Assembly: GCA_963796455.1 (NCBI GenBank) | Contig: CAWCLO010000010.1 | Span: 32,001-96,000 of the forward strand | Direction: 5' to 3' | DNA length: 64,000 nucleotides | Source: Candidatus Sulfomarinibacteraceae bacterium | GTDB taxonomy: Bacteria > Acidobacteriota > Thermoanaerobaculia > Thermoanaerobaculales > Sulfomarinibacteraceae | Shown: positions 11,501 through 18,071 of the stretch, piece by piece | Layout: each line of letters starts with the position of its first letter | Numbering within the stretch: position 1 is the first letter of the stretch | The notes under the pieces: generated by a model | Seen by the model: only the letters and a program-made list of their open reading frames with translations | Told to the model about the DNA's origin: nothing | Databases searched by the model: none | Program-made: the position numbers and the translations under genes

Positions 11501-12036
11501 TGATCGAGCGACCGATCCGGGTCGGCGATGTGGTCACAATCGGCAACCTGATGGGGAAGGTGTCCGAGATTCAGATCCGCGCGACCACCATCACCCTGTG
11601 GGACCGCAGCGAAATGATCGTGCCCAACAAGGAATTCATCACCACCAAACTGGTCAACTGGACCCTTTCGGACTCCAAACGCCGGATCGAGATTCCCGTC
11701 CGGATCGCCTACGGCGCCGATATCGAACAGGTCAAGACGATCCTCGTCAAGGCCGCCAACGAGCACCCATCGGTGCTCCCTGAACCCGCGCCGCATGCCC
11801 TGCTGCTTGCATTCGGTGAGGACGCGATGAAGATCGAGCTTCGTTTTGTCGTCGATTTTGGTCAGGGACTCGCGACCAAGGACGAGGTCCAGATGGTGAT
11901 CGAACAAGAATTCGGAAAACAGGGCATCAAATTTGCCCTGCCGCAGCGCCAGGTTCGGGTGGTTTCAGAAGGTGGCAGCGATGGTCAACCAGCCGCCGGT
12001 TTCGGACATGGAGAACCAGAACGTACCGAGTCGTGA
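8569..12036 (+). CDS. Large mechanosensitive channel, MscS family (MscK/KefA-like)
   Basis: Signal peptide, long coiled-coil periplasmic region, multiple TMs, [36 protein letters not shown]. Confidence 0.92.
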   Translation: [1155 protein letters not shown]

Positions 12037-12286
12037 GGCAGGATGCTGGATGCAGGATCACTGCTGTCCAAAACAGATCGTCATGAAGTTTCCCACCTGA
12101 CAAAACGTGGATTACGGTTCGGTTCTTGGCATATCCAGTTCGCGGTTGCCTCGTGCCCGCGTCCGCGTCCGAATTACAGCGGCAGCGGCAGAGACAGTGT
12201 CCAGGGGGCAGGGGACAGCGAAAGGGACAGTGGTCAGTTTTCAGCGACGGGGAGCAGTGGCAGCAGTCTGGAGTTCATGCGGCGAA

Positions 12287-12426
12287 ATGGCCACCTCCGG
12301 GTCGTTCAAAGGAAGGGGTAGCCGGTGGGCGGCCGATGTCAAGGACAGGCAGGGTGCAGGGCATCCTTGACATCGGCCACCACACCGGCTTGTGGCAAAG
12401 GGCATGAACGACCCGGAGGTGACCAT
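12287..12426 (+). promoter_or_regulatory. Long hairpin leader sequestering RBS/ATG of the four-helix-bundle gene (copy 1)
   Basis: 12287-12308 pairs with 12405-12426 (21/22), and the right arm includes GGAGGT and the AT of the ATG. Inner stems: 12320-12327/12383-12390 and 12331-12345/12364-12378. Confidence 0.75.
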
Positions 12427-12778
12427 GTCCAACGCCGCCACGAACACCAACCTCGTTGCCCACTCGAAGGCCCTCGAAGCAGCAGGAATCGCGATCAAGC
12501 TCGTGATGAGGGTTCCTGCTCCTCTGAAGTCGATTGCCGATCAGGTGATCCGATCGGCAAGTTCAGTTCCTGCGAACCTGGCAGAAGGGCACGGCCGAGT
12601 CGGAAGGGACCGGTCGTACCACTGGAGAATCGCTTATGCCTCGGCCAAAGAGGTCGACAGCCACTTGCAGCTTCTCGCACATGCCGGGGCGATCAGCCGA
12701 ACAGCAGCCCGTGACGCGATGAAGGTCTTCGATCAGGTCCGTGCCATGACCTGGCGGCTGTTGAACCCGACGAAGTGA
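12425..12778 (+). CDS. Four-helix-bundle protein (23S rRNA intervening-sequence protein / Avd-like family), copy 1
   Basis: DQVIRSASSVPANLAEGHGR...IAYASAKE signature; GGAGGT RBS before ATG 12425; 117 aa. Confidence 0.9.
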   Translation: MSNAATNTNLVAHSKALEAAGIAIKLVMRVPAPLKSIADQVIRSASSVPANLAEGHGRVGRDRSYHWRIAYASAKEVDSHLQLLAHAGAISRTAARDAMKVFDQVRAMTWRLLNPTK

Positions 12779-13006
12779 GCGCGGTTCGCTAACGCTGCCC
12801 CGGCCGCTGGTCGCTGCCGCTGGCTACTGAACGCTGCCGCCGTTCACTGTTCCCTGCCGCTGTCACTGCACGCTATCCGAGACTCTGTCTTGGACAAGAG
12901 TGATGCAGGATGCAGCGAGATCATCGGTCCCCCTCACGGGTTGTCAAGAACCGTGTGCGATGAATCCTGGATCCTGTGACCTGAATCCTGTATCGAGCCT
13001 ATGGCG

Positions 13007-13411
13007 TCAGCAGTCAGAGTCTGAACTCGCCGAGATCCGGCGGATCGCAGTGATGAACACCAACCCATCGTAGTCGGCGGCGAATCCGTCGCCCCGTTCT
13101 GAGGAAAGCCGGCCTTCGATCTCAATGAATATCGGTTCGTAGGGTTCCGCGGTCAGGGATATGGAGAGATCGCGCAGCTCCTCGAGGATCACAGGCTCCG
13201 CGCGAATCCAGTACACACGGTCATCTCCGCAAACCTGAAACGTCCGGACTTCGTGGCCGAGGACGGCGTGTCCCGAGAAAACTTCGGTCGGCAAATTTTC
13301 CCTGGCCTCGTTGACATCAGGAACTGTCGGCTGTTGCCGTACGGCCGGTTGATGGTCGCTGCAGGCGAAGCAGAACAGGGTAAAGGCGAGGCCGACGGAC
13401 AATGGCCTCAT
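13007..13411 (-). CDS. Putative lipoprotein (NlpE C-terminal OB-fold-like)
   Basis: Lipobox-like FCFAC; GHEVRTFQVCG..YWI..IEIEG pattern. Confidence 0.6.
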   Translation of the reverse strand: MRPLSVGLAFTLFCFACSDHQPAVRQQPTVPDVNEARENLPTEVFSGHAVLGHEVRTFQVCGDDRVYWIRAEPVILEELRDLSISLTAEPYEPIFIEIEGRLSSERGDGFAADYDGLVFITAIRRISASSDSDC

Positions 13412-13975
13412 TCAGAACTTCACCATGTAGTCCTTCGCTTCGAGGCAGACCGAAAATGCCTTTTTGAAGTTCTCGATCTGTTCGGCAGTCGCCTGTTGGG
13501 CCTGCTGGTTCTGCTGCTCGACCTGCTGACTCGCCTCTTCCTTGGCGTGATGGGTCCGTCGGCGCGCCGCGATACCTCCGATGGCAGCACCCCAGGCCGC
13601 CCCTTTGCCCGGATCGTTGCTTGCGATCTCGCCGATCAGGGCCCCGGCCGCGGCACCACCAACAGCGCCTCTGGCACCGGCGCCCTGGCCCGACTGGGCG
13701 ATCTGTTGCTGGGTCTGGTCGGCCTGCTGTTGTTGCTGTTGCGCCTCCTTGCCCAGCGCAAAGGGATCGTTGCCGGTGTTCTGGACCGCCCAGTTGTAGC
13801 ACTCTGCTTCTTCCTTGGATTGTTGATCTGCAGCCTGCCCTTCGGTCGGAAAGACGTAGACCTCCATGGTTGCCGCCAGGGTCTTAGGCGCCGCCGAAGT
13901 CGTCGTCTGAGCAGAAGCCACGGACACCAGGGCCAACGCGATACACGGAGCCACCAAAGCTTTGCTGATACTCAT
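13412..13975 (-). CDS. Secreted glycine-zipper protein
   Basis: Signal peptide, QQSKEEAECYNWA, GAVGGAAAGALIG..GAAWGAAIGG, AFSVCLEAKDY. Confidence 0.8.
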   Translation of the reverse strand: MSISKALVAPCIALALVSVASAQTTTSAAPKTLAATMEVYVFPTEGQAADQQSKEEAECYNWAVQNTGNDPFALGKEAQQQQQQADQTQQQIAQSGQGAGARGAVGGAAAGALIGEIASNDPGKGAAWGAAIGGIAARRRTHHAKEEASQQVEQQNQQAQQATAEQIENFKKAFSVCLEAKDYMVKF

Positions 13976-13990
13976 TTCGATTCCTCCCGT

Positions 13991-14413
13991 TCACTCGCCC
14001 GCTGACATCGGCGTACACGCCGCAAAGACTGAAATCGTCAATTCATCGGCTGCGATGGCGATGGACGCGACGCCGCTCACCTCATCGACAACAAAGCTGA
14101 ATGCTCTCCCGTTTTCAACTCCCTGCAGAAAGATCTGTCCGTCCGCTCGTTGCAGCGTCAAGATCGGGGTCTCCCGCAACCGCGGAGCACCGGGCGTGGT
14201 CCGCAGGATCTTTTCGTCGAGGTGGATCTCGAGGAACTCGGGCATGTTCCAACTCCATGGATGGCCGAATTCGCATTCTCCGGAGGTATCGCAAACAATC
14301 GCCTCGACACCCGCGCAGAGGATCTTCTCGGCGCCGGTCACGTCTTCGGCCTGTGCCGCGCCGCACACCGCTACCAGAATGGTCGTTACAACAAAAAATG
14401 TCTTAGGTAACAT
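13991..14413 (-). CDS. Secreted Cys-containing hypothetical protein
   Basis: Signal peptide; LC..AIVC...C and C-terminal FAACT; co-oriented with its neighbours. Confidence 0.65.
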   Translation of the reverse strand: MLPKTFFVVTTILVAVCGAAQAEDVTGAEKILCAGVEAIVCDTSGECEFGHPWSWNMPEFLEIHLDEKILRTTPGAPRLRETPILTLQRADGQIFLQGVENGRAFSFVVDEVSGVASIAIAADELTISVFAACTPMSAGE

Positions 14414-14476
14414 GAAGATCCTCCGCTGAGCCAAAGTCTGCCCGAAATCCTGGCGGTCTGCCCGCGAACGTTCAAA

Positions 14477-15424
14477 TCAGGGTTTACCAAACCAACTGTA
14501 ATTGTAAGAGATACCGACCGAACCAAAGTCACCGCCGATCCGGGTGATCGCGCCCCTGCTGGCTGCAAATCGAAGCGCATGGTGGGCCCCCAGGCGCATT
14601 GACACCGTCGCGCCGACTCGGGAGTTGCTCTGCAGATCGTCGTTGGTCGTTCCGTTCACCGTCGTCTGCCCGCCGCGCCAGAAATTTGTGTCTAAGGAGG
14701 CCCACAAGCCGGGCTTGAAGAGGTATCTGACGTGGAATTCGGTGGACAGAAACGGTTTCTGCTCTTTGGTGGCTCCACCAAAGAAATCCGAATTGTCGCT
14801 AAAAAACCACCCTCCAAGATAGGCATCAACGGCCCATTTGTTCATCACATGTACCAGCCCGACCTCCGGTTTGAAGGCCCAGCGGTTGGCGCCGAGGTTG
14901 ATGAGCTTGTCCGGGTTGTATTGACCAGTTGGCGCCCGGACAACGATGCTCGCTCCGATCATCGTGCCCGGTTTGAAGGATCTGAACTCCTTCGGGCTCA
15001 TGGCCGGCGCCCCGAGAAGGTTGACGGAAAAACGGAGCGCGAGATCGCCGAGGCCCGATCGGTGTGCAGATGCCGGTTCACCGAGGTAGAGGCCTTTGAG
15101 GTCGCCGATTACCTGGGGCAAGATGATCCCGGCGTTCGCCGACCGACCCGCAAAACTGAAGGTTCGGGCGTATCCGAGGCTCACGAATCCGATCTGCGCA
15201 TTCACATCCGAGATCGGCGCCGCCGGATCAAAAGAGATATCTCCGTTATTGTGGGTGGCCGCAACGGAGAGCAGGTTGACGCCGTAGGGCGCCGGCGTGT
15301 AGGCGGCCGGCACCAGCTCCTGCGCGAATGTCGAGGTGGTCAACCCGCAACACAACAAAAACCCGCCTACGGCCGTCTTCCAAAAACCCGCACACATGGG
15401 GCGAATGCCGTTGCTCTTGATCAT
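14477..15424 (-). CDS. Outer-membrane beta-barrel 'transporter' (MetA/phenol-degradation-like family); start uncertain (15424 or 15397)
   Basis: AQELVPAAY..AP.G.N, GLGDL, APTGQY.PDKLINLGANRWAFKPEVG, C-terminal YNYSW. Confidence 0.75.
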   Translation of the reverse strand: MIKSNGIRPMCAGFWKTAVGGFLLCCGLTTSTFAQELVPAAYTPAPYGVNLLSVAATHNNGDISFDPAAPISDVNAQIGFVSLGYARTFSFAGRSANAGIILPQVIGDLKGLYLGEPASAHRSGLGDLALRFSVNLLGAPAMSPKEFRSFKPGTMIGASIVVRAPTGQYNPDKLINLGANRWAFKPEVGLVHVMNKWAVDAYLGGWFFSDNSDFFGGATKEQKPFLSTEFHVRYLFKPGLWASLDTNFWRGGQTTVNGTTNDDLQSNSRVGATVSMRLGAHHALRFAASRGAITRIGGDFGSVGISYNYSWFGKP

Positions 15425-15508
15425 CGAGATACAAGATACAGGATGCAGGGTGGGAGACGCGAGATCCGCGGCCCACGGAATCCTGGAGCATCGGTAGAAG
15501 ATTCCCAG

Positions 15509-15560
15509 ATCCGAAATCCGAAATCCGAAATCCGAAATCCGAAATCCGAAATCCGAAATC
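15509..15560. repeat. Perfect heptamer tandem repeat (ATCCGAA)x7
   Basis: Seven exact copies plus ATC, directly upstream of TATACT (15571-15576) and rph. Confidence 0.97.
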
Positions 15561-15599
15561 GACAAGGGTCTATACTCATCCTCCGAAAAGGAGACGCTC

Positions 15600-16346
15600 A
15601 TGCGCCCAGACGGCCGCCAAACTCACGAAATCCGACCCATCACCGTTGAACCCGACTTCATCCGCTATCCCGAGGGCAGTGTGCTCTACCGCGCAGGCGA
15701 CACGGTGGTTTTGTGCAATGCCAGCGTTCTCGATCGCACGGCGCCCTTTCTCCGTGGTTCGGGTGAGGGCTGGGTGACGGCTGAGTACGCCATGCTGCCG
15801 CGGGCCACCGACACCCGGTCGGAGCGCGAGGTCAAAAAGGGCAAACCGAGCGGTCGTTCGCAGGAAATCCAACGCCTCATCGGGCGCTCGCTGCGCGCTG
15901 CGGTCAACCGCGGAGAAATCGGCGAGCGAACCATCGCCATCGACTGCGACGTGCTTCAGGCCGACGGTTCGACCCGAACCGCCTCGATCTCGGGCGGTTG
16001 GATCGCCCTCGTGTTTTCTCTATGCCGGATGCAGGAACAGGGCATGCTCCGCCAATGGCCGCTGACTCATCAGATTGCCTCTGTCGCGGTGGGACTCCTG
16101 GCGGGCGAACCAAGAGCGGATCTCGACTATTGCGAGGATTTCGATTGCGATGTGGATCTCAATCTCGTCTTCACCGGCGACGGCAATCTGATCGAGGTCC
16201 AGGGCACCGCCGAAGGGGAATCTTTTTCGCGCGAACAGCTCGGCATTCTCCTCGAGGTGGGTTGGCAGGGAGCCCAGCAGGTGATGGAGAAACAAAGGGA
16301 ACTCGTCGGTCCCCGATTGGATGCCCTGGGTCTGAAATTACCCTAG
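15600..16346 (+). CDS. rph: Ribonuclease PH
   Basis: [60 protein letters not shown]. Confidence 0.97.
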   Translation: MRPDGRQTHEIRPITVEPDFIRYPEGSVLYRAGDTVVLCNASVLDRTAPFLRGSGEGWVTAEYAMLPRATDTRSEREVKKGKPSGRSQEIQRLIGRSLRAAVNRGEIGERTIAIDCDVLQADGSTRTASISGGWIALVFSLCRMQEQGMLRQWPLTHQIASVAVGLLAGEPRADLDYCEDFDCDVDLNLVFTGDGNLIEVQGTAEGESFSREQLGILLEVGWQGAQQVMEKQRELVGPRLDALGLKLP

Positions 16347-16350
16347 TCGG

Positions 16351-16447
16351 TTTTGGAAATTCGGAGTTCGGAGTTCTTCCAGTCGCGTTGACCCGATATA
16401 TGTAAATGGGAGGAAATTCAGAATTCCGAACTCAAAATTCCGAATTC
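16351..16447. repeat. Inverted heptamer-repeat arms (TTCGGAG)n ... (TTCCGAA/CTCAAAA)n
   Basis: Arms at 16351-16376 and 16414-16447 are imperfectly complementary. Confidence 0.8.
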
Positions 16448-16471
16448 GCGGCCCCTGGGCCGCGTGCGCCA

Positions 16472-16534
16472 TTGACACCTGAGCCGCGCGAAACCTATAC
16501 TCGCTCTCCGCCTCAGGGCGGTTGTTCTTTGCAA
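16472..16534 (+). promoter_or_regulatory. Sigma70 promoter of the tRNA operon plus boxA-like element
   Basis: TTGACA (16472-16477), 18 bp, TATACT (16496-16501); TGTTCTTTGCAA at 16523-16534. Confidence 0.75.
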
Positions 16535-16554
16535 AGTGTGAGTGGACTCCCAGT

Positions 16555-16632
<78 letters not shown>

Positions 16633-16660
16633 TTACTCCATGACCCCGCGCTGGAAACCT

Positions 16661-16737
<77 letters not shown>

Positions 16738-16753
16738 TTTCGATTCGTTTCGT

Positions 16754-16830
16754 GGTGGGCGTAGCTCAGTTGGTAGAGCACAGGATTGTGGCTCCTGTGG
16801 TCGTGGGTTCGATCCCCATCGCTCACCCCA
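16754..16830 (+). tRNA. tRNA-His(GTG), including G-1
   Basis: Anticodon arm CAGGA-TTGTGGC-TCCTG; C discriminator; CCA end. Confidence 0.96.
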
Positions 16831-16842
16831 AAAATTTTATGT

Positions 16843-16919
16843 GCGCCCGTAGCTCAGCTGGATAGAGCGATAGCCTCCGGAGCTATAGGTCGCTGGTTCG
16901 AATCCAGTCGGGCGTACCA
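16843..16919 (+). tRNA. tRNA-Arg(CCG)
   Basis: Anticodon arm ATAGC-CTCCGGA-GCTAT; CCA end. Confidence 0.96.
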
Positions 16920-16926
16920 TTTTTAG

Positions 16927-16952
16927 AGCCTCCCAATTCGGGAGGTTTTTTT
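16927..16952 (+). terminator. Rho-independent terminator of the tRNA operon
   Basis: GCCTCCC-AATTC-GGGAGGT followed by a T-run. Confidence 0.88.
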
Positions 16953-17000
16953 GAGTTCGACACCAGCAGAGGGTCGCGGTCTGAGCGAGAGGGAAATCGA

Positions 17001-18071
17001 TCACAACTCGAGATCGTCGAAGCCAATGCCTGGTCGGCCGGTCGGGTAGAGATAGCCATTGCGACACGACACCGCGCGCTTGGCCGGATCGTTGATCAGA
17101 GCGAGGTGCCCGTCAAGATCGGCAAAGACAACATTTGGCCGTGCCAAGGCGAAGTGGAGACCGGCGGCAATCGCGAGAGCCGATTCGTCCATACAGCCGA
17201 CCATGACCTCGAGCCCGGCCGAACGCGCCACCGAATTGACGTGGAGCGCTTCGGCGATTCCTCCCACCTTCATCAACTTGATATTCACCATGTCGACGAG
17301 GTTTCGCCGTGCCAAACGGAAAGCGTCGCGGAGACTCATCAGGCTCTCGTCGGCCATCACCGGGATCGACGCCTCCGCGGTGACGCGGCCGAGCAGATCG
17401 GGCTCGCCCCTGGCGGTCGGTTGTTCGATCAGTTCGAGACGAGCCGAGGCGGTGCGTTGGACGAAGTCAAGAGACTCTTCCACTGAGTAACCCTGGTTGG
17501 CGTCGAAACGCAACCCGATTTTCTCGCCCACCGCCCGCCGCACCTCGAGCACCCGTTCGACATCGCACTCGACATCCGCGCCGCCCTTGATCTTGAGGCA
17601 GGAGAATCCGTCTCCGACCCACCTCCGCGCCTCGAACAAGGTCTCCTCGACCGGCAGGATGCCGATGGTGACGCTGGTCCGAATGCGGTCCCGGTAGCCG
17701 CCGAGGAGCTTCCACAAGGGCAGCTTCGCCCGTTTCCCGAGGATGTCGTACAACGCCATGTCGATCGCGGCTCGAGCTGAAGGCTGCTTTGCCAGCGGCT
17801 TGCGCAGCCGCTCCATCAGCATCGCCGGACGCAGCGGGTCCGAGCCCCGGAGGCTCGGCTCGACAATCTCTTTGATCGCCGCGACGACCGAGGCGGCGCT
17901 CTCTCCGGTGACCTCGTCATCCGGCGCCGCGCACCCGAAACCGACCAGATCGCCGTCGGTCTCCATCCTGACAAAGACGTTGTGGGCCGTGTCGATCGTC
18001 TCGTAGGCGATGGTGTAGGGATTGGACAAACGCAGTTTGACGTCGCCGACAGCGATCGACCGGATCTTCAT
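17001..18071 (-). CDS. Enolase-superfamily dipeptide epimerase / N-acyl amino acid racemase (L-Ala-D/L-Glu epimerase, DgcA-like)
   Basis: LKIKG, FDANQG, IEQP, MADES, NIKLMKVGG, GCMDE, ADLDG. Confidence 0.9.
   Translation of the reverse strand: MKIRSIAVGDVKLRLSNPYTIAYETIDTAHNVFVRMETDGDLVGFGCAAPDDEVTGESAASVVAAIKEIVEPSLRGSDPLRPAMLMERLRKPLAKQPSARAAIDMALYDILGKRAKLPLWKLLGGYRDRIRTSVTIGILPVEETLFEARRWVGDGFSCLKIKGGADVECDVERVLEVRRAVGEKIGLRFDANQGYSVEESLDFVQRTASARLELIEQPTARGEPDLLGRVTAEASIPVMADESLMSLRDAFRLARRNLVDMVNIKLMKVGGIAEALHVNSVARSAGLEVMVGCMDESALAIAAGLHFALARPNVVFADLDGHLALINDPAKRAVSCRNGYLYPTGRPGIGFDDLEL

Larger units (their letters stand above)
12059..12902 (+). mobile_element. Putative non-autonomous cassette, copy 1 (TIRs, four-helix-bundle gene, structured leader)
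   Basis: Inverted repeats at 12057-12077 and 12884-12904 (18/21 match). Direct repeat ATGCAGGAT at 12050-12058 and 12903-12911. Homologous to 26233-26478 and ~58886-59620. Confidence 0.65.

Noticed and set aside
12337..12372. Divergent sigma70 promoters from TTGACA on both strands of the hairpin
   Set aside because: No plausible -10 at 16-18 bp spacing on the gene strand in either copy; better explained as stem sequence.
12425..12778. Diversity-generating retroelement (Avd-like gene)
   Set aside because: No reverse transcriptase, and no TR/VR pair with adenine-specific mismatches was seen in the window.
12059..12902. 23S rRNA intervening sequence
   Set aside because: No rRNA sequence flanks either copy.
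15425..15601. N-terminal extension (ISDFGFR repeats) of ORF 14477..15601
   Set aside because: It is translation of the (ATCCGAA)7 repeat; the signal peptide begins further downstream.
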